The notes beneath the pieces are model-generated. The model saw only the letters and a program-made list of their open reading frames with translations, ran no database searches and was not told the origin of the DNA. Of a stretch of DNA of 64,000 nucleotides, positions 55,445 through 64,000 are shown piece after piece. The stretch's first letter is position 1. Each line of letters opens with the position of its first letter. Both the position numbers and the translations under genes were made by a program. Source of the stretch: Patescibacteria group bacterium (GTDB lineage: Bacteria > Patescibacteriota > Minisyncoccia > Phycocordibacterales > UBA918); contig JAIEOU010000003.1 of assembly GCA_019750255.1 (NCBI GenBank), positions 19,350 to 83,349 on the forward strand, read 5' to 3'.

Positions 55445-56308
55445 TTACGGATTACACCACTGACACTCTCCAGGTTCAGCCGAGTTTTTATTTTCTATGG
55501 GTTGGGTTTCTTGATAACTACATTTTTTACAACAACGTACTGTTTCTTTTACCAAATCGGTGGCTAACCCACAGCCATTACAAGGCAATCCCTTAACTAC
55601 ATCAGTAATAACAAAACCAGGAGTAGTGCATTTTGGGCATATACTTTTGCAGTTTTTTATGAGGTCAAGGGTAGCTTGCTTGATACCGTCCATTCGCTTT
55701 GGGCAACGGTGGGCTCGCATATCTGTTTCGATAAAAACAGACTTGGTGCTCCATTTTAATAAAAGCTTTTCAGACATTGTCCGCAAGTCGTCCTCTGTAG
55801 TAATTTCCTTGTAGATGTGTCTACTGCTCGTTTCTGACTGCCTCAAAATAACTCCTTGTTTTGGAAAACCCCACGAGCAAGCGACATCCACAGCTTCTTC
55901 GGGAGTATGTACAATTTGACTTCGAACTTGTGAGTTACTGTTACGGAAATGCCCGACAATTTCCAAATCATTTTTGATATCAATTAACACTACAATTTCA
56001 AGGTTACTTTGGACAAAAGGAATTGTAGGATGATTGCCGAAGCTGCCTTCGCTAGAAAACCCTAAATCCATCCCTGTTAGCATCATTGCTGCTTGAGCTT
56101 TTTTTCGAGCAGCTTCAAGTTGATTACCCGCCCGCTTTATATCTCTTGTAAACGTACCAAAGCGGTCAGTATTAAAATCGTGAGGAACTGTAATGGTAAT
56201 ACCGAGTCCCTCTTTTAATATAGGGGAAATAACACTTTCCTTATTATGCATTGTAGCCAGAACACCCGTTCTTTTTTCCCAATCCCCAATAATGTCCGTT
56301 GATGGCAT
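55445..56308 (-). CDS. Hypothetical protein with C-terminal Cys-rich (multi-CxxC) region, carried on the islet
   Basis: 287 aa. The C-terminal 80 aa contain CPKRM, CKSICPKC, CNGC, CCKKC and CQWC. AT-rich codon usage. Confidence 0.45.
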   Translation of the reverse strand: MPSTDIIGDWEKRTGVLATMHNKESVISPILKEGLGITITVPHDFNTDRFGTFTRDIKRAGNQLEAARKKAQAAMMLTGMDLGFSSEGSFGNHPTIPFVQSNLEIVVLIDIKNDLEIVGHFRNSNSQVRSQIVHTPEEAVDVACSWGFPKQGVILRQSETSSRHIYKEITTEDDLRTMSEKLLLKWSTKSVFIETDMRAHRCPKRMDGIKQATLDLIKNCKSICPKCTTPGFVITDVVKGLPCNGCGLATDLVKETVRCCKKCSYQETQPIENKNSAEPGECQWCNP

Positions 56309-56398
56309 TTATTGATTATAATGCTTGATTGCTTTCTGGACACCCTCTATTGTGTCTTATAAAAATATGATGAGCATAGCTACTTATTTGCGATAAAT

Positions 56399-56683
56399 TT
56401 AAAAATCAAACAATTCTCCTAGCATTGACTTATGTTTCTGTGTACCACCTCGGTTGTAATTATTATCATCGTCATCATCACGGTCATATTGCCGGCCATT
56501 CGTAGTATTGCTTTGAGGGTTACGGACTTGTTCTTGAGCTGGTTGTTGGGCACTGGTTTTCTCAATCAACTTATCTAGCTCCCCACGGTCTAACCAAACC
56601 CCACGACACTGCGGACAGTAATCGATTTCAACACCCTGTCGTTCAGATAGTAATAGCTGAGTATTATCATTTGGGCAGTTCAT
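56399..56683 (-). CDS. TFIIB-type zinc-ribbon domain protein with acidic/Gly-Arg tail
   Basis: MNCPNDNTQL...YCPQCRGVWLDRGELDKLIE is the zf-TFIIB-like pattern. The C-terminus is DDDDDNNYNRGG. Confidence 0.55.
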   Translation of the reverse strand: MNCPNDNTQLLLSERQGVEIDYCPQCRGVWLDRGELDKLIEKTSAQQPAQEQVRNPQSNTTNGRQYDRDDDDDNNYNRGGTQKHKSMLGELFDF

Positions 56684-57082
56684 ATTTTTTAAATTAATTT
56701 ACAAGACTAAACCAATAACAGAATTTAAAATTGATTGTATCAAGTCTAAAATCATAATTATAATTGCTTCTATTTGGTCAAAAATTGATGCGATTTGTTC
56801 CATACTTTATGCATTGATAATAACATGACAGATTTAAAAATAATAATTCTGTAAATTTACCCTTGAAATTACTCTAACTGCAATTTTAATACGCTTCATA
56901 ACAGTATCTATTCCAGCTAGCTTGCTATTGTAGTATTCGTATTTACATTCTGAGTTCCCACTCTAGGATTCGGACACGTCTCGCGTGCACTAGACCCTTT
57001 ACAAAGTTTCCGTGTCGCAGACGGGTACGGAAATCTTAAAAATTTTATGGCTTTAAATAAAGCTCTTCGTGCTAGCACGACT

Positions 57083-57172
57083 TGGCGGAGGATGTGGGAT
57101 TCGAACCCACGAGACCTTTTACAGTCTGGCGGTTTAGTAAACCGCTGCTTTCAACCACTCAGCCAATCCTCC
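57083..57172 (-). tRNA. tRNA-Ser-type (long variable arm, encoded CCA) with apparent anticodon ACU
   Basis: Manual fold: acceptor GGAGGAT/ATCCTCC, anticodon stem GCGGT/ACCGC, loop TTACTAA, 18-nt variable arm, T-arm GTGGGTTCGAATCCCAC, and 3' GCCA. Confidence 0.6.
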
Positions 57173-57289
57173 GAAGTTCGCCCGTTCAAAAGAACGGGGC
57201 GACCACTAGTATAGGGGTAAAAGGCGAAACTGTTAACAGGGGAGGGGAAAATGATAGAGGCAGAGTGTTTCGGTTACTCTGACGGATTT

Positions 57290-57480
57290 ATTCTACTTCG
57301 CTAGCGCTTCTTAGGGATTCGGTCCTTACTGGAGCAGTACTCCAATTTATAAAATAAGGATTCGGTCACGCTTATGGATATTTAGTTTCGCTTCGCTCAC
57401 AAAATAGCATTCGCTCGAACCCGCAGAGGGACTCTCTCCTTACAGGAGCAGTACCCCAATTGGCTCGTTTATTTCGCTAG
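57290..57480. repeat. Family B dispersed repeat copies between the two tRNA-Ser genes
   Basis: ggattcggtcacgcttatggatatttagtttcgcttcgctcacaaaatagcattcgctcgaaccc matches 55031-55100. A partial copy lies at 57310. Confidence 0.5.
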
Positions 57481-57594
57481 CTCATAAACGAGCTCAATCG
57501 GGCTTCGGATCCCTCCCGTGAGTGACTTTGAGTCACTCACTTCTCTCCGCGAACAAAAATGGCACCCAAGGGAGGGTGCTAATTTTTGTATTCG

Positions 57595-57681
57595 CGGAGA
57601 GAGAGGGATTCGAACCCTCGAAGAGCTTACACCCTTAACAGTTTTCAAGACTGCCGCCTTCAACCACTCAGCCATCTCTCC
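57595..57681 (-). tRNA. tRNA-Ser (anticodon UGA)
   Basis: Manual fold: acceptor GGAGAGA/TCTCTCC, anticodon stem GCAGT/ACTGT, loop CTTGAAA, long variable arm, T-arm GAGGGTTCGAATCCCTC. Confidence 0.7.
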
Positions 57682-57790
57682 AGATATGTTGTTGTCCGTA
57701 CTCTACTGCAGAGCTGCGCTCTACATTAGCAACAGATACTAGCAAAAACCACCTAAAAAGTACACCTGCCATATGCTACAATCTTTTTAA

Positions 57791-58258
57791 ATGGATACCC
57801 CGCGTGCTGTAAGTTGGGAAGCTCCCGAGTTTCACTACACCGAGAAAAAAGGTGACTGGTATTTTGCGGTCGCACTTATCGCTGCTGGTTGTGTGGTTGC
57901 GGCCCTTCTGTTGGGGAATACACTCTTTGCTTTACTGTCTGTCATCTCTGGCATTGCCCTCGCCATTGCAGCCGGCAAGCGGCCGCAGATTGTACCGTTT
58001 GCGGTAACTGTGCGAGGGGTGCGTATAGGTAGTGAGCTATACCCCTTTGGGCATCTCGCGGCGTACCATATTGATGAGGAAGATCCACGCGGCCCTCAAA
58101 TGATACTGCTCGCGAAGCGCAAGTTTATGCCCCTCCTTACCATGCCGCTCCCGGCTCAATATCTTGATGATATCGAGGACATCATGAAGGGTAAAATAGA
58201 AGAAAGATACCTCGAAGAGCCCTTCCTGCTAAAGGTACTGGAATATTTCGGATTTTAA
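57791..58258 (+). CDS. Hypothetical membrane protein
   Basis: Two TM helices near the N-terminus. 155 aa. Confidence 0.4.
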   Translation: MDTPRAVSWEAPEFHYTEKKGDWYFAVALIAAGCVVAALLLGNTLFALLSVISGIALAIAAGKRPQIVPFAVTVRGVRIGSELYPFGHLAAYHIDEEDPRGPQMILLAKRKFMPLLTMPLPAQYLDDIEDIMKGKIEERYLEEPFLLKVLEYFGF

Positions 58259-58299
58259 GGTATTATCGTGCTCACGTTGCATCTGTAGCGTGAAGAATC

Positions 58300-58372
58300 G
58301 CTCCCATAGTTTAATGGATAGAATGCAGGTTTGCGGTATCTGCGATCCAGGTTCGATTCCTGGTGGGAGCAC
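58300..58372 (+). tRNA. tRNA-Arg-like with apparent anticodon GCG
   Basis: Manual fold: acceptor GCTCCCA/TGGGAGC, anticodon stem CAGGT/ATCTG, loop TTGCGGT, T-arm CCAGGTTCGATTCCTGG. Highly similar to the tRNA-Arg(UCU) at 62374. Confidence 0.6.
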
Positions 58373-58615
58373 AAATCAGCCGACCCAAATGCGAATGCAT
58401 TTGGGTCGTTGCTGTTTGTAGCTCCCACCAGGAATCGAAAGACGCAAGCCGGGGACCCTTTGGGCCGGCGCGTCGGGGTCGAGAGTGCTTAGATTTTTAT
58501 GAGCAAAGCGAAATAAAAAGCTTAGTAACTCGTGACCGAATTTCCTCGTGGGTGTTACGTTATGTTGCTTGCATGTTCTAGCTCCATAACCTACCTATGT
58601 GCTATTCTTCCCGTC

Positions 58616-58996
58616 ATGAGAAGTATGGGTATAGATTACGGTACCAAGCGCGTCGGCGTTGCTTTAACCGACGAGTCGGGGCTTATGGGCTTTCCTCATG
58701 GGGTCCTGCCAAACGATGGGAAGCTTCTCGCGAGCCTCGTGGCACTTATAGAAACAAAAAAAGTTGGGCAGGTGGTGCTTGGGCATTCGGTAGGGAAGGA
58801 CGGTCAGCCCAATAAAGTGCAGGCAGCCATTGATGAATTGATAACCGACCTTACCCTAGCTGTCGGCATACCCATTCACCTTGAGCCCGAGCATTACTCG
58901 ACTCAGGCCGCGCTCAGACTGCAGGGAAGAAACGATGCAACGGATGCCGCCGCCGCGACCTTGCTGCTTAATAGCTTTTTGGAGCGAACCAACTAA
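58616..58996 (+). CDS. yqgF: Putative pre-16S rRNA nuclease / Holliday junction resolvase-like YqgF (RuvX)
   Basis: MGIDYGTKRVGVALTDE... and RuvC-like fold motifs. Confidence 0.8.
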   Translation: MRSMGIDYGTKRVGVALTDESGLMGFPHGVLPNDGKLLASLVALIETKKVGQVVLGHSVGKDGQPNKVQAAIDELITDLTLAVGIPIHLEPEHYSTQAALRLQGRNDATDAAAATLLLNSFLERTN

Positions 58997-59006
58997 CTTC
59001 CTCATT

Positions 59007-59339
59007 ATGGATACAATTTCATACGAACAATTTTCCGCCCTGGATATAAAAATCGGTCGTATCATAGCGGTCGAGGTGGTGCCCGAGGCCGACAAGCTTT
59101 TAAAACTCACTGTGGATGTGGGGGAAGAAACTGCTCGTCAGGTTGTCTCCGGTATCCGAAATTTTTTTGAAGACCCGCAGGTACTTGTGGGGAGGCAGTG
59201 TCCGTTTTTGGTAAACTTAGCCCCTCGGGTGATTAGAGGTCTTGAAAGTCAGGGAATGATCTTGGCAGCCGGCGATGGGGAATGCTTTGCACTGCTCCAT
59301 CCTCATCAAGATGTGCCTGTCGGCACCACGGTGCGGTAA
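59007..59339 (+). CDS. tRNA-binding domain protein (CsaA/Trbp111/EMAP-like OB fold)
   Basis: FSALDIKIGRIIAVEVVPEADKLLKLTVDVGEE..RQVVSGI matches the tRNA-binding OB domain. Internal ATG of ORF 58881. Confidence 0.7.
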   Translation: MDTISYEQFSALDIKIGRIIAVEVVPEADKLLKLTVDVGEETARQVVSGIRNFFEDPQVLVGRQCPFLVNLAPRVIRGLESQGMILAAGDGECFALLHPHQDVPVGTTVR

Positions 59340-59423
59340 GGGTGGGCACATTAAACGAAACGAGATGTGGGTTCAAGCCCTCGGTTGCGGTTAGAAGGAC
59401 GTATACTAAAGGCACATTCTCGT

Positions 59424-60518
59424 ATGAGCGTTCTTTCTTTTTTGTCGACATGTATTCCGCCTCCGCGCAGCCTTGCTTTGCCAAGTGTGGGTGTTGATAT
59501 TTCTGATACATCGATGAAGTACGTTGCTTTTGACGGTAGGCTCCGACCAGGGGCGAAGCAACAGCTACGATTTTGGGGTGACATCGATATCCCTGCCGAT
59601 GTACTGAGTCGTGGAGAAGTTAACGATGTGGCTAAACTGACGGCGGTACTCGCTGAATTTAAGGCTAAAACTGGGGCCGAATTTGTGCGCGTATCACTGC
59701 CGGAAGAGCGGGCGTATCTGTTTGAGACTGAAATTAAGCGCGACATACCGCTCGCTGAAATTCGAAATACCTTAGAGTTTCGACTAGAAGAAAACGTACC
59801 GATTCCATCACGCGAAGTATTTTTTGATTATGAAGTACTGCCTCACCATAGTAATGAACGGTCAGTGCAGGTTGTGGTAGCCGCCTATGCGCGAGACACT
59901 ATTTTGAAGTACCACGAGGCTTGTTTGGTTGCTGGATTAACGCCACTCTCGTTTGAAGTTGAGGCGCAAGCGATGGCTCATGCTGTAGTAGATAATAATG
60001 ACAAGGGGACAGTCATGATTGTCGACTTTGGAAAGACCCGAACTGGGGTGGGGATTGTGACAAACGGGACATTGATGTACACATCGACCATTGATATTGG
60101 TGGCGGAAATCTTTCGCAAGCGATGCGTAAAGTGCTTGGTGACCGTCCCGAAGAAGAACTTACCCAGATAAAAAATACGGAAGGACTGATCAGGGGCACC
60201 GATGATTCGCGCACACACGATGCCGTAATCACTACCGTGTCGGTGATTAAAGATGAGATTGCTGCTCGTATGCAGTACTGGCACGTAAAAGAAACACCGC
60301 ACCCTGCAAGGCGGATCAATACCATTATCTTATGCGGGGGAAGCGTTAACCTAAAAGGTCTGCCTGAGTACCTTAGTGAAACCCTCGGGGTTCCGTGCGA
60401 AAGAGCTAATGTGTGGCGCAACGTTTTTTCATTTGACGAAGAAGTGCCTCCAATAGAACGACGGTTTTCGTATGGCTTTGCCACCGCCATCGGGTTAGCA
60501 CTCCAGCGTGTCACCTAA
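59424..60518 (+). CDS. pilM: Type IV pilus assembly protein PilM (actin-like ATPase fold)
   Basis: GVDISDTSMKYVAF... and MIVDFGKTRTGVGIV pattern. Followed by pilN and pilO. The exact start is uncertain. Confidence 0.65.
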   Translation: MSVLSFLSTCIPPPRSLALPSVGVDISDTSMKYVAFDGRLRPGAKQQLRFWGDIDIPADVLSRGEVNDVAKLTAVLAEFKAKTGAEFVRVSLPEERAYLFETEIKRDIPLAEIRNTLEFRLEENVPIPSREVFFDYEVLPHHSNERSVQVVVAAYARDTILKYHEACLVAGLTPLSFEVEAQAMAHAVVDNNDKGTVMIVDFGKTRTGVGIVTNGTLMYTSTIDIGGGNLSQAMRKVLGDRPEEELTQIKNTEGLIRGTDDSRTHDAVITTVSVIKDEIAARMQYWHVKETPHPARRINTIILCGGSVNLKGLPEYLSETLGVPCERANVWRNVFSFDEEVPPIERRFSYGFATAIGLALQRVT

Positions 60519-60523
60519 TTACT

Positions 60524-61072
60524 ATGATAAATCTCATTCCTCCAGAAGCGCGGTCACGCATCCTTGTCGAATATTGGGTTCGAGTGGTGACGGCATGGCT
60601 CTCTCTCCTCGCGATTGCTGCAACGGTAGTAGGGGCGCTTTTGTTTCCAGCGTATGTACTTGTAACCTCGCAGGTAAAGAGCTCTGCCGCTGAAGCTGAT
60701 AAAGTTCGCGCACGAGTGGCTGAACTTGATACTACTACCAAGGTGCTCGATTCGGCTACTGAAGAGGCGCGAATGATTGTCGCCGCCGCACAAGAGCCCG
60801 TCCTTACGGAGGTCGTAGCGATTGTGGAAGGCTTGCTTCCGACCGGAGTTGAGGTTTCTGCGTATTCGCTCGCGCGACTGGGAGCTGGGGTTGCTCCTGT
60901 GGTTGTGCGCGGCACAGCGACTACTCGATCCGCCCTGGCAAGTTTTCGCGAAGGGTTGGTGAACCACCCGAAGATCGTAAAGGTTGATTTGCCAATCTCA
61001 AACTTTGCCAAAGACCGCGACCTTATTTTTACTGTTACTCTAACTATGAGTAGCACCACACCAGCACTATGA
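60524..61072 (+). CDS. pilN: Type IV pilus assembly protein PilN
   Basis: MINLIPPEAR N-terminus, then a single TM helix. 182 aa. Confidence 0.7.
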   Translation: MINLIPPEARSRILVEYWVRVVTAWLSLLAIAATVVGALLFPAYVLVTSQVKSSAAEADKVRARVAELDTTTKVLDSATEEARMIVAAAQEPVLTEVVAIVEGLLPTGVEVSAYSLARLGAGVAPVVVRGTATTRSALASFREGLVNHPKIVKVDLPISNFAKDRDLIFTVTLTMSSTTPAL

Positions 61073-61599
61073 CCCTCACACCCCGCACAAAACAATATTT
61101 CGTCTTAGCGCTACTGGTAGCAGCGACCGCTGTGCTCGCTGCACTTTATTTGCTTGTCCAGATTCGGGGGCAGGGAGCACGGCTCGAGGCGAATAGTATT
61201 GTGATTAATGAAAGTTCGGCACAGCTTGAAGCTACGACACGCTCGAAGCGCTTGATTGATGAAACCGAAGAAGAGCGGGCTATGCTCCGGCGGTCATTTT
61301 TCAAAGAGTCCTCAGACAGTCTTGATTTCTTGACGCAGCTCGAAACCCTGGCTCCGCAATTTGACCTTGAGCTCACCGAAATTATCCTTGAGGAGATAAG
61401 TAATCCGGCCACTCCAGGGAAAAGCGAAATGCTTTTTAGGTTTGGATATCGTGGGAGTAAATCAGCCGTGTTCGATTTCACTAAACTACTTGAGGTGTTG
61501 CCATATCACAGTCGTCTTCAATCCGTCACGCTCGAGTCAAAAAGTGACGAGGAGTGGGAGGGCCGGCTTGAGGTGCGTGTAACGGTCAAAACCTTATGA
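61069..61599 (+). CDS. pilO: Type IV pilus assembly protein PilO-like
   Basis: N-terminal TM helix plus coiled coil. Overlaps pilN by 4 nt. Confidence 0.55.
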   Translation: MTLTPRTKQYFVLALLVAATAVLAALYLLVQIRGQGARLEANSIVINESSAQLEATTRSKRLIDETEEERAMLRRSFFKESSDSLDFLTQLETLAPQFDLELTEIILEEISNPATPGKSEMLFRFGYRGSKSAVFDFTKLLEVLPYHSRLQSVTLESKSDEEWEGRLEVRVTVKTL

Positions 61600-62120
61600 A
61601 AATAACCCAAAAGAAAATCCTTCAAATGACGCGCAGCGTACTCCGGGGTGAGAAGTACTACGGTGAACATCTATTGCTGCACCCAACCCGGGAGTGGTCG
61701 CTTGGTATGCTGTGCTTCGTAGTGCTGTGTTTGGGCGGTTCCTGGTGGGCAGCTACTGTATATGTGCGCTATGTCGATGTGTCGACCCTTTTTGGTGAGG
61801 GAACCATAACGGAGGGGACAAAGTACCGCAGTGCCCAGGTAACACAAGCGCTCGAGGTCCTTGATTCTCGTGCTGTTCAGTATCAACAAATTTTGGGGCG
61901 CTACACCACCATGCCTGCACCGAGTGAGTCCGATGACCTAGGAGACAAGAGCGCGGCGACCGCTACGACAACCGAAAATGTTTCCGCTCCATCCGTGACC
62001 ACCACGGCTGATGTTCCAGCCTTAGATGACGAAATGGAAATTGTAGAGCCTGTAGTAGAAGAGGTGATACCTGTACCTGAAGAGGGTGTCGAACCAGGAG
62101 TTTCTACTTTGGTGTTTTAG
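61596..62120 (+). CDS. Hypothetical membrane protein, pilus-operon associated (PilP-like position)
   Basis: TM helix LGMLCFVVLCLGGSWWAATVYV and an acidic C-terminus. Overlaps pilO by 4 nt. Confidence 0.35.
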   Translation: MKITQKKILQMTRSVLRGEKYYGEHLLLHPTREWSLGMLCFVVLCLGGSWWAATVYVRYVDVSTLFGEGTITEGTKYRSAQVTQALEVLDSRAVQYQQILGRYTTMPAPSESDDLGDKSAATATTTENVSAPSVTTTADVPALDDEMEIVEPVVEEVIPVPEEGVEPGVSTLVF

Positions 62121-62373
62121 TTATCTCCACGAGGAGTGTCGACCCTTACAAGGTCGGCTGTGCGAGCAAGTGTGGCGCAGGTTACTAAGTGTCCTCACTA
62201 GCGTTGCTAGCTGCGAGCACTAAGTACCTGCTGCCCCAGCTCGACTATTTTTCTCGCTAGTAAGGGCGAGAAAAATAAGTCTGCGCTTCACTCCCGAGCA
62301 CGGAAGCAAAGCAGTTTGCTTCCTAAACAAAAGACACCCTTCTCCCGAAGGGTGTCTTTTGTTTACTCGTGTG

Positions 62374-62445
62374 TGCCTCCACCAGGAATCGAACCTAGAA
62401 TAACGGCTTAGAAGTCCGCAGTTATATCCATTTAACTATGGAGGC
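62374..62445 (-). tRNA. tRNA-Arg (anticodon UCU)
   Basis: Manual fold: acceptor GCCTCCA/TGGAGGC, anticodon loop CTTCTAA, T-arm CTAGGTTCGATTCCTGG. Hairpin terminators lie downstream. Confidence 0.65.
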
Positions 62446-62755
62446 GTAAGTGAAGCATAGCAAAAAGTAGTGATAAAGAGAAAGGGTGATGAGGGCCTTG
62501 TCTCGGGGTCACAAATTCGCATGCGCTCATAAGTGCCCGTGGACGCAGCTCGCGGCTAAGCACGCTTTGAAGGCGTGCTTAGCAACGCTCCGCTGTTGAC
62601 CAATGTTCAAGGAGCAAAGCGACTATGAAAATGTAAGGTGAATTGCGAAGCAAGAGAAGATGTCCTGGGGTAGAAATACTCTTGTGGTGCATGTCCCTCA
62701 TCGCTCCAGAAAACGCAACGACGCCGACACTCGCGTGTCGGCGTCGACGTTTCTG

Positions 62756-62828
62756 TGGGCGATGAGGGACTTGAACCCCCGACCTTTTCAGTGTAAATGA
62801 ATTGCTCTACCAGCTGAGCTAATCGCCC
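62756..62828 (-). tRNA. tRNA-Val (anticodon UAC)
   Basis: Manual fold: acceptor GGGCGAT/ATCGCCC, D-arm GCTCAGCTGGTAGAGC, anticodon loop TTTACAC, T-arm GGGGGTTCAAGTCCCTC. Confidence 0.7.
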
Positions 62829-62913
62829 GGAATCGGTGCTTCTGGTAGGGAGTATAGTACCTGTTTTTCAAATAATTTCAAATCGTCTCAGTTGCGCGTA
62901 TACTGTCACCCAT

Positions 62914-63186
62914 ATGATGGAGCTGTATTGTATTGTTTCCGGTCAGGTACAGGGTGTGCGTTACCGCACGTACCTTGAAAATGCGGCGACCGAGCTTAAG
63001 CTGTCAGGGTTCGTTCGTAATCTCGGAGACGGGACTGTAGAGGTGTGTGCACAAGGAGAAATGGACGTGCTTAAATCATTTATTGAGTACATCAATGAAG
63101 GATCCCTACAGGCGCGAGTCGATGGAGTGGACGCTACTTGGCGAACCCCGCGCACAACCTATTATGAATTCTCGGTGTTACACTAA
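62914..63186 (+). CDS. acyP: Acylphosphatase
   Basis: VSGQVQGVRYR...GFVRNLGDGTVEV...G is the classic acylphosphatase signature. 90 aa. Confidence 0.8.
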   Translation: MMELYCIVSGQVQGVRYRTYLENAATELKLSGFVRNLGDGTVEVCAQGEMDVLKSFIEYINEGSLQARVDGVDATWRTPRTTYYEFSVLH

Positions 63187-63204
63187 TCAACTACTTTCAT
63201 ACCT

Positions 63205-63885
63205 ATGACGCTCCCGACTTGTATTGGTTTTATTATGGATGGCAACCGTCGCTGGGCAGAGGCTCAGGGTAAAGAGCGTCTCGAGGGACACGCTGCTGGG
63301 GTGACGACGTTTGAAGAAGTGGTGCGCATGGTGGTTGAGAAAAAAATACCACACGCGGTCTTTTATGCGTTTTCCACGGAGAACTGGAAGCGCAGTCAGG
63401 TGGAAGTAGAGCATTTGCTCGGACTCTTTGAGCGTGGAATACAGCAGCTTAAAGCTAAGGTTCAAAATGACCTTGATCAGGTACGTGTCCGGTTCCTCGG
63501 ACGGCGAAGTGATTTTGGTGCGACACTGCAACGGCTTATGACGGAACTCGAAACCGAAAGTGCCCACCTGGCGGGAACAACCATATGGGTGGCCCTTTCT
63601 TATGGGGGGCAGGCCGAATTGCTCGCCGCCGTGAACGCAGCTATTGTAGAAGGGAAGCCTGTCGACGAAGAAGCCTTTAAACGTCATTTGTGGGGAGCGG
63701 AATTACCCGATGTAGATCTCCTTATTAGAACGAGTGGTGAGCACCGCCTGTCCAATTTCTTGCCGTGGCAGACAGCGTACAGCGAGCTGTTTTTCACCCC
63801 TACCCATTGGCCGGCGTTTACTAAAGACGAATTTGAGCGTATCCTCACACAGTACGCCGAGCGGCAGCGTCGCCTCGGTGCCTAA
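63205..63885 (+). CDS. uppS: Isoprenyl transferase (undecaprenyl diphosphate synthase)
   Basis: IMDGNRRWA, YAFSTENWKR and the C-terminal LIRTSGEHRLSNFLPWQTAYSELFF motifs. Confidence 0.9.
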   Translation: MTLPTCIGFIMDGNRRWAEAQGKERLEGHAAGVTTFEEVVRMVVEKKIPHAVFYAFSTENWKRSQVEVEHLLGLFERGIQQLKAKVQNDLDQVRVRFLGRRSDFGATLQRLMTELETESAHLAGTTIWVALSYGGQAELLAAVNAAIVEGKPVDEEAFKRHLWGAELPDVDLLIRTSGEHRLSNFLPWQTAYSELFFTPTHWPAFTKDEFERILTQYAERQRRLGA

Positions 63886-63892
63886 TGACTCT

Positions 63893-64000
63893 ATGGAACC
63901 CATCATAATTTTTGAAAATAACGACATCGTCGTGGTAAATAAATCAGCTGGTCTCTTGGTGCACGAGGATGGTTTTGACGATACACAGCCCACGCTCGTT
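63893..64000 (+). CDS. RluA-family pseudouridine synthase (3'-partial)
   Basis: MEPIIIFENNDIVVVNKSAGLLVHE. The gene runs off the window end. Confidence 0.55.
   Translation, partial: MEPIIIFENNDIVVVNKSAGLLVHEDGFDDTQPTLV

Larger units (their letters stand above)
55241..57082. mobile_element. About 1.85-kb AT-rich islet inserted at the tRNA-Ser 3' end, bounded by 21-bp direct repeats; no integrase (remnant?)
   Basis: The direct repeat gcggaggatgtgggattcgaa occurs at 55220 and at the tRNA 3' end (57085). The interior is about 35-40% GC versus about 52% for the genome. It carries two minus-strand genes. Confidence 0.45.

Noticed and set aside
55241-57082. Intact integrated prophage or ICE at tRNA-Ser
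   Set aside because: The att-like direct repeats are present, but the islet is only 1.85 kb and encodes no integrase, excisionase, replication or structural genes. It is therefore called a remnant or cargo islet only.
50090-57480. Possible CRISPR arrays in the repeat-rich tRNA-flanking regions
   Set aside because: The repeats are 65-70 bp, imperfect (about 80-85% identity), irregularly spaced and of two unrelated families. There is no unit repeat of 24-48 bp with unique spacers and there are no cas genes.

Overview
This 64-kb window is a chromosomal segment with about 52% GC that spans the replication origin (rpmH-rnpA-yidC on the minus strand, dnaA-dnaN on the plus strand, DnaA-box-like repeats in both flanking intergenic regions). 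The organism is most likely a small-genome monoderm bacterium; the gene content and the widespread leaderless promoters suggest Candidate Phyla Radiation (Patescibacteria), possibly Saccharibacteria-like. Most genes are information-processing or cell-envelope housekeeping: clpC-like, rpsO, pnp, comM, a LysM/M23 peptidase, uvrD, rsmA, PBP1A, tyrS, ruvC, yebC, ruvB, pilB, tsaE, polA, holA-like, a SpoU methyltransferase, a Mur ligase, ruvA, rpsT, yqgF, pilMNO, acyP and uppS. Six tRNA genes are present. The accessory content falls into four blocks. (i) At about 2.0-7.4 kb there are two tandem small zinc-ribbon paralogs, a secreted peptidoglycan-binding protein, a complete MmeI-family type IIL restriction-modification enzyme, and a voltage-gated-like ion channel. 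(ii) A NYN-domain gene and a GC-rich LpxC-like gene are inserted between rpsO and pnp. (iii) At 20.4-32.5 kb a 12-gene operon encodes a monoderm-type type IV secretion-like apparatus: a VirB4 ATPase split by an in-frame TAA, a PrgI/VirB3-like protein, a VirB6/TrbL-like protein and a pilin-like protein, with no VirD4 or relaxase. This operon is the best candidate for the undescribed system. (iv) The tRNA neighbourhoods (50.0-50.6, 54.9-57.7, 58.3-58.45 and 62.3-62.8 kb) are packed with dispersed 65-70 bp repeats and with inverted copies of tRNA 3' ends flanking hairpins. One of them holds a 1.85-kb AT-rich island bounded by 21-bp direct repeats of a tRNA-Ser 3' end. No CRISPR array or rRNA gene was found.
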